DNA from: a virus | Virus record (IMG/VR): IMGVR_UViG_3300023172_000011 | Coordinates: 54,643 to 118,642 of that record | Length of the DNA stretch: 64,000 bases | Strand: one strand, 5' to 3' | Shown here: one piece after another, positions 1-10,700 of the stretch | Position numbering within the stretch: position 1 is the first letter of the stretch | Layout of the letters: the number at the start of each line of letters is the position of its first letter | Translations under genes and position numbers: made by a program | Notes under the pieces: model-generated | Databases searched by the model: none | What the model was told of the DNA's origin: nothing | The model's input: only the letters and a program-made list of their open reading frames with translations

Positions 1-2
1 AT

Positions 3-272
3 ATGATAAAGTTTATTAGAAAAAATAAGATTGGCCGTGAACTAATTTATAATGAATTAAAGAGCCTTAGTTATGATGAAACAGAAGAAATTCTCAAATC
101 TGATGTATTGGATTATTATAATTTAAAAAATACAATTGAAGAAAAGATTGTGACACTAAAGAGAAATGGCGAATCCAATAGAGCTATTGGCAAAAAACTA
201 AATCTAAACTCGAATAAAGTGTCTTCAATACTTTCAGAAATCAAAGAAAGGCTAGCAACAAATAATGGCTAG
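3..272 (+). CDS. HTH protein, probably the C-terminal part (region 4-like) of a sigma-factor-like protein cut by the window edge
   Basis: C-terminal 'IEEKIVTLKRNGESNRAIGKKLNLNSNKVSSILSEIKERL' fits a sigma r4/LuxR-type HTH. The frame is open to the window start. Confidence 0.55.
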   Translation: MIKFIRKNKIGRELIYNELKSLSYDETEEILKSDVLDYYNLKNTIEEKIVTLKRNGESNRAIGKKLNLNSNKVSSILSEIKERLATNNG

Positions 273-1905
273 AAAAAAAAGAGTACTCTTCATTAGCGAG
301 GCCGCATATCTAAATACGGGATATGCAAAATACAGTAAGGAAGTAATATCGCGTCTATATAGAAGCGGTAAATACGATGTAGCGGAAATGTCTGTATATG
401 GAGCCGCTAATGATCCAAGACGCTCCAGTATTCCTTGGAAAAATTATCCAGTTCTTCCAGATGAGCATAACGAAGAACAAATGAAATCGTATAATTCTAG
501 TCCGGGCAATCAATTTGGAAGCTGGAGATTTGAAAGAGTTTGTTTAGATTTCGAGCCAGATATTGTTTTAACAATTCGTGATTATTGGATGGATGCCTTT
601 GTATATCATTCTCCATATAGAAGAATTTTCAAATGGGCATGGATGCCAACTGTAGATGCATCGCCACAGAATCCAGAATGGATTGATTTATTCTGTGATG
701 CAAATTATGTACTAACCTATTCTGATTGGGCTAAGAATGTCCTAGAAGAACAGGCTGGAAAGAACATAAATACAGTTGGCTCTGCCCCTCCATCAGCATC
801 CGATGCTTTCATTCCTATGAATCAAAAATCTGTTAGAGATGAATTTGGCGTCCGCGATGATATAAATATTATTGGTAGTGTAATGAGGAATCAACGTCGG
901 AAGTTATTTCCCGCGTTGATTTCTGCATTTAGTAAGTATCTAAAAGAAACTGGCGACACCAAAACATATTTGTATATGCATACCAGCTATCCAGACGCTG
1001 GATGGAATTTAGCAAACTTAATCCACTCTAATGATATCTCTTCTAGAGTTTTAATGACATACGTATGCGGAAACACAGATTGCAAAAATGTTGAAGTCTG
1101 TTTTTTTTCAGATGCCAGAAAAGTCTGCCTTAAATGTAATAAATTTAGTTCAATGCCGTCTAGTGTATCTAATGGCGTTTCAGATGAAATACTGGCAAAG
1201 ATATATAACATTTTTGATCTTTACCTTCAGCCAGCAAATTCAGAAGGGTTCGGTCTTCCTCAAGTTGAGGCTGCTGCATGTGGAATACCAATTGCCTGCA
1301 CTAACTATTCCGCTATGGAAGACATTGTTAATAAACTAGATGCATATCCAATATCTTATACAAAGTATAAAGAATTAGAAACTGGATGTGATCGTGCTGT
1401 TGTTGATGAGAATAGCATAGTAGAGATCATAAAAACTTTTCTATCAGACAAAACTCAAAAGAGTAATATTCGTCAGCTATTTGAAGATCATTATAGCTGG
1501 GACAAGACTGCCGCAAAGTGGATGGAAGTCATTGACGACTGTGAATATGCTGACTGGAAACAGCCTGCAAATATCATTAGACCTTCAAAAATAAATATGG
1601 AAGAAAAGTCTAATGAAAGATTTGTGCGGGAGTTAACCGAACTATTTTGCTACTACGAGGGGCACAAAAACTCGTACTTTACGAGGAACTTAATGTCTGA
1701 TCTAACAAAAGGATCTAGCAAGATTGCGTGGGATGATCATTTCTCTAATGAATTTACTCCATCAAATCCAAATAAACAAAGACCAGTTGATAGGCAGTCA
1801 ATTATTAATGTATTTGGTCGGAGACTAGAGAATTATAATATCTGGGAAGATGTGAGAATAAATAGATCTAAATTAAAAGACGGGAACGAATTATGGCTAA
1901 ACTAG
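265..1905 (+). CDS. GT-B glycosyltransferase (GT4-like) with a Zn-ribbon insert
   Basis: N-terminal 'VLFISEA..LNTGYA', 'RNQRRK' and the GT4 signature 'EGFGLPQVEAAACGIP'. Internal CxxxxC...CxxC. Confidence 0.88.
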   Translation: MARKKRVLFISEAAYLNTGYAKYSKEVISRLYRSGKYDVAEMSVYGAANDPRRSSIPWKNYPVLPDEHNEEQMKSYNSSPGNQFGSWRFERVCLDFEPDIVLTIRDYWMDAFVYHSPYRRIFKWAWMPTVDASPQNPEWIDLFCDANYVLTYSDWAKNVLEEQAGKNINTVGSAPPSASDAFIPMNQKSVRDEFGVRDDINIIGSVMRNQRRKLFPALISAFSKYLKETGDTKTYLYMHTSYPDAGWNLANLIHSNDISSRVLMTYVCGNTDCKNVEVCFFSDARKVCLKCNKFSSMPSSVSNGVSDEILAKIYNIFDLYLQPANSEGFGLPQVEAAACGIPIACTNYSAMEDIVNKLDAYPISYTKYKELETGCDRAVVDENSIVEIIKTFLSDKTQKSNIRQLFEDHYSWDKTAAKWMEVIDDCEYADWKQPANIIRPSKINMEEKSNERFVRELTELFCYYEGHKNSYFTRNLMSDLTKGSSKIAWDDHFSNEFTPSNPNKQRPVDRQSIINVFGRRLENYNIWEDVRINRSKLKDGNELWLN

Positions 1906-2636
1906 GAACATTTTGTAATGAATGCTGTTTCTATAATCCAGATAAAAAAGAATGCAGTCATGGCCTTATAGATATGTTTACGCAGCGGGGAGCGACTATA
2001 GAATGGAATGATGACGGCCCATCAATAGATAGAGTTTGTAGATATAGAAGAACTCATGACTGGAATGAAGACTTATCATTAGAAGAAAAAATAAAACTTT
2101 GTGAAGAAGAGGTATTTCTTTCCGGCTCAATAATTCTATTAGTTCAAGAGATTGATAACGTCAAAGATATCCTCTCCAAATTAAAAGATGTAACAAATAA
2201 TCGTTTTAAATTTATTATATCACATGAATGTAAGTTGAGTCCATTATTAGAAATCTCTAAAGAATTAGATATTCATGCTTCATTTGTTAGAAGCGTTGAT
2301 GAAGATGTGTCTGACGAAAAACGAGTTTTTGATTGCTTAAAGCATCTGAAAAACGGGTATGTCTTTCTTTTTAATTGTGATAAAGAAATTGACTATACTA
2401 TTTTTGAAAAGGTCCATAAATTTACTACCAAGTTGATGCACCGTGTATTACATATCGAACCGATTGATGAAAAGCTACATCAGTCCGTCAGTATGGTACA
2501 TATTTATAAATGGCTTAATGGAGATATGATGGAATCGTTTTCTAATAAGCTAAAAAACATAGCCAGTGAAGAATCTAGCGACCCCCAAGTATTCAATTGG
2601 AAAGAAATCAATGAAGCATGTGCTAATAATCTATAA
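1893..2636 (+). CDS. hypothetical protein with Cys-rich N-terminus and possible degenerate GT-A-like domain
   Basis: CNECCFY...C...C N-terminus. Overlaps its neighbours in the glyco cluster. Confidence 0.5.
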   Translation: MAKLGTFCNECCFYNPDKKECSHGLIDMFTQRGATIEWNDDGPSIDRVCRYRRTHDWNEDLSLEEKIKLCEEEVFLSGSIILLVQEIDNVKDILSKLKDVTNNRFKFIISHECKLSPLLEISKELDIHASFVRSVDEDVSDEKRVFDCLKHLKNGYVFLFNCDKEIDYTIFEKVHKFTTKLMHRVLHIEPIDEKLHQSVSMVHIYKWLNGDMMESFSNKLKNIASEESSDPQVFNWKEINEACANNL

Positions 2637-3186
2637 GATATTCTCAGATCTTAATCAAGATTACTTACAAAAAATAATAAATGGGTGTAAGTCAAAGAAG
2701 CATAATGTAACAATTAACTTCCATGATTTTACGCTGTCCAAAAAAATTAGATCTCAAATTGAACATGTTGAGTTCTCTGACTTAGAAGCGATTAACATCT
2801 CTGATGAAAACTATGAAGATATTGAAAAATCAGATCAAATTATTGTTCAAAAACTAATAAGTTATAGCCACTTTGATGTAGTCTCAATATTAGTGCATGA
2901 TATATTACTAGATAATGCAATAGACCAAATTGATTTTTCGGTTTTAGAGAACAGCAATGTCGCGTCAATTTATCCAGATAATAATACTCGGACACCATTT
3001 AGCACAAGGGTTTATGGCAGGTCGCATCCGTTAATGAATGCAGGAGTTAGGTGTTTATTTGTAGACATGTCAAAGTTGTTCTCAGTCTTAGGTAATGAGC
3101 ATCCTGTAGGAGAAATCTACAATAATTATCCGTCTTGTCATTTTCCAGAAGTACTATTCACTGCTAACGCATTAAAGAATGAATAG
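2611..3186 (+). CDS. hypothetical protein, possibly degenerate glycosyltransferase-like
   Basis: Tightly packed ORF in the glyco cluster. Start placed at MKHVLII. Confidence 0.4.
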   Translation: MKHVLIIYKIFSDLNQDYLQKIINGCKSKKHNVTINFHDFTLSKKIRSQIEHVEFSDLEAINISDENYEDIEKSDQIIVQKLISYSHFDVVSILVHDILLDNAIDQIDFSVLENSNVASIYPDNNTRTPFSTRVYGRSHPLMNAGVRCLFVDMSKLFSVLGNEHPVGEIYNNYPSCHFPEVLFTANALKNE

Positions 3187-3874
3187 ACAAGAATGCATCC
3201 ATACTATCAAGCAAACTCATCTTGATAAAGTAACATTTATTATATTATGCGGAGGCAAGTCTGGAGTTAAGGGTACTCAAAATATACCATTAACATGTAT
3301 TGACTATAATAATACGGTAGTAGACCATCAAATACAAACAATAAATAAGAATTATGAACATGCAGATATCATGTTAATGACCAGCTTTGAGTCAAAAAAA
3401 ATAATCCAGCATATAGATGAAAAACAATATAGCAATGTACGCATATTTGAAAATAAAAATTATATAGAGGAAAGCATAATAGATACTTGGAAACTTGCTG
3501 TAAATTGCTGTTCAGAAGGAAGTTTTTTTTTAATACATGGTGACAGAATCTTTAATAGCGATGCGATAACGCCATATGATGAAAATAGAATCTCTATTAG
3601 TGTTTATAACAATATTAAGAAAAACTATAATCTTGGCATAACATATGAAAACAATAAGCTAATAAATATGTCATATGGCCTACCAACCATCTGGTCAGAA
3701 ATTCTTTTTGTGCCAAAATTATACTATAGAACTATCAAGTCAAAATTAAACGAGGCAAAAACCAAAAAAATTTATACGGTTGAAAAATTCTTAAATACTG
3801 TAAATCAAGAAATAGACATTTATGTTGATCGCAAAAATAAAATCAGCATTAAGTCATTAAAGGAAATGATATGA
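3179..3874 (+). CDS. sugar/choline-phosphate nucleotidyltransferase-like (LicC/GlmU fold)
   Basis: 'FIILCGGK', 'IFENKNY..ESII', 'FLIHGDRIF' resemble NTP_transferase motifs. The catalytic loop looks degenerate. Confidence 0.65.
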   Translation: MNRQECIHTIKQTHLDKVTFIILCGGKSGVKGTQNIPLTCIDYNNTVVDHQIQTINKNYEHADIMLMTSFESKKIIQHIDEKQYSNVRIFENKNYIEESIIDTWKLAVNCCSEGSFFLIHGDRIFNSDAITPYDENRISISVYNNIKKNYNLGITYENNKLINMSYGLPTIWSEILFVPKLYYRTIKSKLNEAKTKKIYTVEKFLNTVNQEIDIYVDRKNKISIKSLKEMI

Positions 3875-4650
3875 AAATCTTGTACTATATTGATAGTCAC
3901 GACTCTAGAGTAAAAGCAATTGTAGATACAGTAAAGGCGGCTGGATATACAGTTGGATATATAACAGAATTAGATCAGAAATCAATCTATGAATTTAGTC
4001 CAGATATCATCATTCATAATATCCCAAATGCTGCACGATTCCCAATAGACGGAAAATTTGTATCAATTAACTTTAATGAGTCACAGTCGGAAAATTCTTT
4101 TACTTTTACAAATGAATTATCAGATAGATATATTTCCCCATTTGTATCTCTAAGAGAAATTGATGTAGATGAAAAAGATCTCAATAAATATAAATCTGAT
4201 GTTGTATACTTCGGGTCTCCACAGTCTTTTAATGAGTGCCTCAATATTGTATATGATAAAAAATTAAAGTTTAGATTCTTTCATCAGCACCCGCATAATA
4301 TTTATGGTTATTGTGGAATGTGCAATGTTGATGAATATTTTAAACATTATAGACATGCCAAGGCTTCAATCGCAAATGGATTAAATGATACGGCAAGATT
4401 GCAAGATATTATTGTAGCTGGTGGGAATCCAATTGTATTTCTTGGTGACAAAGATGATTTTACAAACAGATTAGAAAAGGCCGTGTACGAAGGCAAAAAA
4501 TACACGATTGATGGAATGTCTAAACAGGATGTTCTTGATAAGAATACGGTATTTGATGCATCTGCCAAAATATTTAAGAAAATTGGATTGAATAAAATTT
4601 CCAAAGATATTGCACAAGTAAAACAAAAGATGATTGGAAAATATAGATGA
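3871..4650 (+). CDS. putative GT-B-like protein
   Basis: 'FSPDIII', 'KYKSDVVYFGS', 'YRHAKASI', 'RLQDII.AGG' resemble CgeB/GT-B C-terminal motifs. Confidence 0.45.
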   Translation: MKILYYIDSHDSRVKAIVDTVKAAGYTVGYITELDQKSIYEFSPDIIIHNIPNAARFPIDGKFVSINFNESQSENSFTFTNELSDRYISPFVSLREIDVDEKDLNKYKSDVVYFGSPQSFNECLNIVYDKKLKFRFFHQHPHNIYGYCGMCNVDEYFKHYRHAKASIANGLNDTARLQDIIVAGGNPIVFLGDKDDFTNRLEKAVYEGKKYTIDGMSKQDVLDKNTVFDASAKIFKKIGLNKISKDIAQVKQKMIGKYR

Positions 4651-5102
4651 AAACAATGATATGCTTGGATCACTTAGCTTATTCTTATCAAAACTACGAA
4701 CTGTTCCATTCTATTAATGAGGTCGTAGAAAATTCACTAGAGGAAGTATGTATTGTTCCATTCAATGCTAGTAGACCATTTATGAATATCAATACATCCA
4801 TCTATAATGTTGGAGAAATGAGTTCGTTTAATAATGGGTTGCTTATCTCCAATAGCATCAAGCATGTAGATAAGTTGCTATCGTGTCCATCAAATACAAT
4901 CAAGGCGTTGTATCTATATGATTTAGAATGGATGTTTGAGCCAACCTTCTTTGAAGAACTATATAGTATTTTCACTAATAAAAACCTAAAACTTATTGTA
5001 AGATCCAAAGAGTTCATCGAGCCAATACAATGTATTGCTGATAGAACGCCAGATGCAATTGTACCCTATTTCAAATTGGAGAAGATATGGAATTCGCTTT
5101 AA
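4647..5102 (+). CDS. hypothetical phage protein (glyco-cluster associated)
   Basis: Translationally coupled ORF (ATGA overlap). Contains 'YLYDLEW'. Confidence 0.5.
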   Translation: MKTMICLDHLAYSYQNYELFHSINEVVENSLEEVCIVPFNASRPFMNINTSIYNVGEMSSFNNGLLISNSIKHVDKLLSCPSNTIKALYLYDLEWMFEPTFFEELYSIFTNKNLKLIVRSKEFIEPIQCIADRTPDAIVPYFKLEKIWNSL

Positions 5103-5914
5103 AAAACAAAGATAAATTACTACATATGTATGAAAAGGGCTATAGTAGCTATGAAATGGCTAACGAACTGAATACATATTCCACCAGAGTCCTACGTGCT
5201 TTAGCCTTTCTGGGTGAAAAATTTCACGGAGATAGCAAGTATTATAAACGAAGCTATTCTGAGGCACAAAAACTTGCTTTAAAAAATGGAAGATCGCAAC
5301 ATCCAACTAAAGGAAAAAAGCTAGATATTTCTCATAAGGAAAATATTGGCAAGTCTAGATCGCAAGCGTATCACTCCCTTAGTGAGCAGGAAAAAGAACG
5401 ACTATCTCAAATGAGTAAGGATAACTGGAAGGCTCTAGGAAAGGCTAAGCAGGAAGAAATTAGAGCACTTGCTTTAGAGGGTGTAAGACAAGCTAGTAAG
5501 ACCGGCTCGAAAACTGAAAGACATCTTCGTAATGGCTTGTCTCAGGCTGGTTATTCTATTGAATTCCACAAGACGGGACTTGTTCCGGGAAGTAATCTTG
5601 AAGTTGACTTGTTTGTTTCAGAATTGAAAACCGCTATCGAGATTGATGGACCCGGACATTTTTTGCCAATTTGGGGAGAAGAGAAGCTACAAAAACAGCA
5701 GTCAGCGGATACAATAAAGCAGGGCATTATTCTCAGTAACGGATATGTCATTTTGAGAATTCGTCAAATTGACAAGAATATTTCATTGACAAGAATGAAT
5801 TATTTGCTAGAATTAATCCTAAATGAACTTGAGAGGATTCGGGAAAAGTTTCCCGAAAACAATAAACGGTTGATAGAAATTGAGGTAAAAGATGGCGAAG
5901 CAAGAAGAATCTGA
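5087..5914 (+). CDS. Vsr/DUF559-like endonuclease with N-terminal HTH and NUMOD3-like DNA-binding segment (homing-endonuclease-like)
   Basis: 'SKTERHL', 'EVDLFVSELKTAIEIDGPGHF', 'GYVILRI'. NUMOD3-like 'HPTKGKKLDISHKENIGKS'. Confidence 0.75.
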   Translation: MEFALKNKDKLLHMYEKGYSSYEMANELNTYSTRVLRALAFLGEKFHGDSKYYKRSYSEAQKLALKNGRSQHPTKGKKLDISHKENIGKSRSQAYHSLSEQEKERLSQMSKDNWKALGKAKQEEIRALALEGVRQASKTGSKTERHLRNGLSQAGYSIEFHKTGLVPGSNLEVDLFVSELKTAIEIDGPGHFLPIWGEEKLQKQQSADTIKQGIILSNGYVILRIRQIDKNISLTRMNYLLELILNELERIREKFPENNKRLIEIEVKDGEARRI

Positions 5915-6593
5915 AGAAGCAGTAGTACCAAGCATTAATGATCCAGAATGGAGCGACTACGCGATGTCGTTCTTTACTGCTAAGGAATTAATTGATGGCA
6001 ATCCATTAGTTGCTGGACTAAGGCGTGTAGCAGAAATGTTGATTGGAGAAATTATCTCAAGCAAGCCAACTATGGTTGTTCATGCAGAGAACAATAGTCC
6101 TATTGGTAGAGCCACTGTTGTTTACGAAGTTCAGTTTCTATGTAGACGATGCAGTGGTGAAGAGTATATTAAAACGTATGCTGATGCAGCAGAAGTATGG
6201 GAAGGCAATACAGATGACCTGTTTGCTGTTCATGCTGCTGCTACAGCTAGTACTAGAGCGGAAGGTAGAGCACTACGCAAGGCATTGAAACTTCGAGTAG
6301 TTGCGGCTGAAGAACTATGCAAGAAAGATGTATCTAAGTTCTTAGGCGAACAGTCGGGACAAAACGAAGACAGAATCAACAATGATCAGGTTAATTTCAT
6401 TGACAATCGTTGTAGAAAGCTAGACATCAATGTGCTTGCCTTTGTTAATTCTGGAGAAAAGGAGTACAGAAGCATTTATGAGGTAAAGAAAGAAACTGCT
6501 GCAAAGATGATTAAAGAACTTAATAAATTATCAAATGACAAAAAACTAATCTCAGACAGTATTAAAGGTTATGATGAGGATTGGAACACATGA
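5892..6593 (+). CDS. putative Rad52/Sak-like single-strand annealing protein
   Basis: Beta-rich core ending in 'AAATASTRAEGRALRKAL', as seen in Rad52-fold phage recombinases, plus a small helical C-terminal domain. Confidence 0.5.
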   Translation: MAKQEESEEAVVPSINDPEWSDYAMSFFTAKELIDGNPLVAGLRRVAEMLIGEIISSKPTMVVHAENNSPIGRATVVYEVQFLCRRCSGEEYIKTYADAAEVWEGNTDDLFAVHAAATASTRAEGRALRKALKLRVVAAEELCKKDVSKFLGEQSGQNEDRINNDQVNFIDNRCRKLDINVLAFVNSGEKEYRSIYEVKKETAAKMIKELNKLSNDKKLISDSIKGYDEDWNT

Positions 6594-6949
6594 AAGTAGA
6601 ATATCTTGTAAAGATTGGTGGTAAAGAAGTTGTCGTGTCACAAGAATGCGATACAGATTGCGATATGTTTAAATTTCTATATCACATGGGAGAGTTGTTT
6701 GACAACTGCACTTGTGAGAGAAATGGACAAACTTCCGATAGAGTGAAGATTAATGTTCGCTCTGATAATGATGACAATGAATACTATGAAATGGTATGCT
6801 TTGATCCATCACAACCTGAATGTCATTATGCTAAGCGTAAGTTCGGGGTAAATAAGAAAGGTGGCGGATTGTTTCCAAAGAATAAGGACGAGGAAGGAAA
6901 CTGGAAGCCTTGGACTAAATATAATAAAGAAACGGGTAAGGAAGAGTAA
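6590..6949 (+). CDS. hypothetical phage protein (possible Zn-binding/ssDNA-binding)
   Basis: Coupled to the upstream gene. Paired Cys, 'KKGGGLFPK', followed by a terminator. Confidence 0.5.
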   Translation: MKVEYLVKIGGKEVVVSQECDTDCDMFKFLYHMGELFDNCTCERNGQTSDRVKINVRSDNDDNEYYEMVCFDPSQPECHYAKRKFGVNKKGGGLFPKNKDEEGNWKPWTKYNKETGKEE

Positions 6950-6978
6950 TCACTTGCCGCTGGTTTAAAACCATGCCC

Positions 6979-7010
6979 GCCCCGCTGAGAATTCTTGGCG
7001 GGGCTTTTTT
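6979..7010 (+). terminator. intrinsic terminator
   Basis: GCCCCGCTGAGA-AT-TCTTGGCGGGGC stem (with G:U pairs) followed by T6. Confidence 0.85.
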
Positions 7011-7030
7011 AAGATTTATAGGAGACTATA

Positions 7031-7264
7031 ATGAGGTACTATAGGTTAATATTTAAAACAGAAAATGAAAAGGTAATGTTTAGTGAGATAGTTGAACAGT
7101 CAATATCTTCTTCTGAATTTGAAGGAATGAATTGGGAAGCACCAATCATTAGGCAAGAGATGGCTGGTCACGTTCACTTTATTGCATTAGATAGAGATTA
7201 TCTTGATGCTATGTTATTAGGTGTTGGAACATATCAAAACTTGCTAGGAATAACTAATGAGTGA
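7031..7264 (+). CDS. hypothetical protein
   Basis: AGGAG RBS upstream. Overlaps the next ORF. Confidence 0.6.
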   Translation: MRYYRLIFKTENEKVMFSEIVEQSISSSEFEGMNWEAPIIRQEMAGHVHFIALDRDYLDAMLLGVGTYQNLLGITNE

Positions 7265-7712
7265 CAAAGCCAAAACTCAATGCGAATGTCCACTTGCTGG
7301 ATTTTGTGAGAGACATGGAATTCAAAAAAGCTCTCATTATCATAAACTATGTCAGAATCATTCTGGTTATTTTGCTCAATGGGAGGCATGTCGCGGTCCC
7401 GGACAAAACCCTAATAATTGTAAAGAAAATAATGATAACAAGTTTATACAGCAAGAAGAACCAGTACAAGAAGAATCAGTACAAGAAATGCCTAGTGCCA
7501 TACAAATGGCTAAAAACTTTGCAAAATCCGCAGTAAATCATATATCCAACGGGATGAAAAATGTAGACGTTAATGTACAAACGCAGCGGTTAGAAATTTG
7601 TGCAGCATGTCCATTTATTAGTAAGGACAAATCTAGATGCACTAAATGCGGATGCTTTCTTCAAGCTAAAACAAAATGGGAATCTTCTTCATGCCCAATA
7701 AACAAATGGTAG
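7257..7712 (+). CDS. two-domain Cys-rich metal-binding protein
   Basis: N-terminal CxCx3GFC...CQ motif. C-terminal 'RLEICAACP...RCTKCGCFL.AKT....SCPINKW'. Confidence 0.7.
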   Translation: MSDKAKTQCECPLAGFCERHGIQKSSHYHKLCQNHSGYFAQWEACRGPGQNPNNCKENNDNKFIQQEEPVQEESVQEMPSAIQMAKNFAKSAVNHISNGMKNVDVNVQTQRLEICAACPFISKDKSRCTKCGCFLQAKTKWESSSCPINKW

Positions 7713-7731
7713 ATTGACTTAACTTTCATTC

Positions 7732-10700
7732 TCAGTCATAACCAGCTTCTGTAATTTCAAATTGAACTCTTGAATTAGTGCATGGAGATTCGGTTTTTGC
7801 CGTTCCTTCACAGTGACAGTCTTCAGTCCACCAGCCGCTATTGAAGGTTAATGCTGGAGGGGATGGCATGTCATTAATAAACCCATTTCCACAATCACAA
7901 GAGTGGAAGTCTACACACCGTTTGTCAGCACTACATAATCCATTTATCCAATCAACTTCACAGCTACATTTATCTGGATACATTATAGATCCAGCAGCAA
8001 ATGACATATATTGATACTGATCACACTGCCAAACTGGAGCATATCCGGTGTCATCAATTCTATAATATTTTCCATCGCAGGTATTTTTCATCCATCCGGC
8101 TTCTACACCAGTTGTTGCATAGGAATAAGAGACGGAGATTGTACCAGAGGGAGGAACATAACAGGTGCCTATATTAGTTCCACCGTAGGTTCCTGAAAAT
8201 TCTGGCATATCAACTAGATTGTCTGCACTAATCCATGCTCCAGTAGTTCCAATTATCTTTAGAACAGGGAATGGACCACTTTCACAGGTTGGATATGGAC
8301 AACTTCCCGGAGAGGGAATGCCTGACGCACATAAGTAGTCAGCATTTGCAGATTCTCCAACATATGTAGCTAGTCTGAATTGCTGACACTGTCCTTTTCG
8401 GGGGTCAACATTATAGTTGCATTGACTATCACCACAAGAACATGGAGGATTTGCTATATTGCCAAGACATGCTGTTGCGGGCCATTCTTGCACCCCTCTT
8501 AGCAATGTAGGAGGATCTCTCTCGACCCCTTTTCTAGCAATACGATTAAGTGAGCATTCCACATCTATCATTATTTTAAATGGGTTAAATAAACACTGAT
8601 GATTTCCAGAAACAGGAGTTCCGCTAGCTCTAATTAGTCCCGTTTGTGACTCGTCTAAAGAAACTCCAAACCTATCAAGATAGTAGCCCATAGACTCAAA
8701 ACCATTAGAAGTAAATGTTTTTGGCTGATGTATGCCCGCTAAGATAGTATGTTCACTATGTAATGGTAATTGTGACACACATCCAGTTCCAACAACAGTA
8801 CAGCTTTTAACATCTGAAGCAAATCTCCATCCGGGATGGACGACTCCAATTAAAGGTAGATAGTCATCTACTATGATTGTTACATCGTCAATATGAACTC
8901 CACTCTGAATCGTTGCTAATACTTCATCATCACACCAGTCTCTAAATCTCAATACCTGCTCTCGGTTTAAATCATCACCTTCTCCCGCACTTGTATACCC
9001 ATCAAAACCATAGCCGGTTTTAAACTGACTTGTCGTAGTGCAAACACTAGGTGCGGCAAAAGCAGCTACCTTAGTTCCACTAGCATAGTGATGTCTTGGA
9101 AACAACATCTTATTGCACCATAGTTCACCACCACACTCAGATGAATCTTGAACGCAACTGTGTTTTTTATTTGTTTCAAATATTCCATAAAAGTTAAGTG
9201 GATCATAATATTTTCCAGTTTCAAAAATTGTTGTAGAAACTGGCGGATCTGGTCCAAGGCCGCTACAATTGAATTGACCATCGCCATCTCTATTTATTGA
9301 AGGAATTAAATTTCCGGTAGTTACTGTCGGCAGATGACCACTTGAATAAAATAAATTAAAATAATTCCATACATGACTATATGAAGAACCCGGAGATGAA
9401 AATTGATAATCTTGATTTACATAAACACCCGATGACGGATGAATACTGCATGGAGCCTCATATGCTGGAGTAACAGTGTCTGCTTCTAAGGCATAAGGAA
9501 TGATATGGCAAAGACCCTCTCCACTGTAGGCACCAGCAGCAACTGCTACACAAACTTGTTCTCCCTCCCCATCGACAATTTGCTCATACCAAGTTCTGTC
9601 GTGCTCATGGTATTCTCTAGAAAGGTCTAATCTATATTGTGTGTCTCCAGTAGGACCAATAAAGCAGTCGATCTTATTTACAATTGCAACTTCGGGAGCA
9701 CATCTTTTCTTGCGAACTTCAACGCCAGAAAATGGCAGTTCATCACCAACTAATCCGTGATATATTGGATTGCCACAACTTTTGCTTCCAACGTTAGAAT
9801 CCTGACTGCAATCTACTGCTGAACATTCAACTACTGATCCGGGATAGTCTCCTTTGGACATTTGTCCACACTCACCACCAATGTATGGTTCATTCAACTC
9901 ATATTTAATCCCGCTGACTAATCCATTCACCCCATGATTCCAGTCCCACCAATCTGTTGAAGAAAAGGTGCCTAGATTAATACCCATGTATGGACATGGA
10001 GGGCCACAAGATAAATCTGTTGGTCCTATTACAGTTCCATTGGCTCCACTAGCTCCAATCCAATAAATTGTCGCACAGCTACTTCCAGATGTTAAAACAG
10101 GCTGATGATTAGAATCAATTTCATATATAGCAGCTAATGTTGGATCTTGACAATCACAAAAACACGAATTAAATTGATAGTTTGACGGTGCCCTAGCGGG
10201 TTCTACACCTTCAAATCCAATTTGTTCATCACACAAACAAGAGATACCGCCACCACCGGGACGAAATGTTTCTATTCCCGTGGGGCATGTATTACATAAT
10301 GTATTTCCACTACAAGGATTTTCAGATGGGCTTACTGGATTTGGACATCCATAAAAATATCTGCTTCCATTAGATGCCGTTAACTCACATCCATAAGCAT
10401 AAATAGTATCTCCCGGACAAAATCCAAATAAATTGTTTACTTCATAAAAATCTCCAGAAGTAAGGCATCGTGCTAGGGTATCAATATGTCTTAAACCATA
10501 GGCAGTCATATTTCTAAACAAGTCTACATATTGAGGTACTACAGCATATAATGTAGTTTTTAATTCTAGATCTCCAGCAGAACCAACCCTAGCAGGATAA
10601 TGGTGTTGACAAGAAGCTCCACCATCCCATAATGCAGCCACTGGATTACTTTCATATTTCGCCTCTGGATATCTAGGATCTATTAAATAATCGTGAAATC

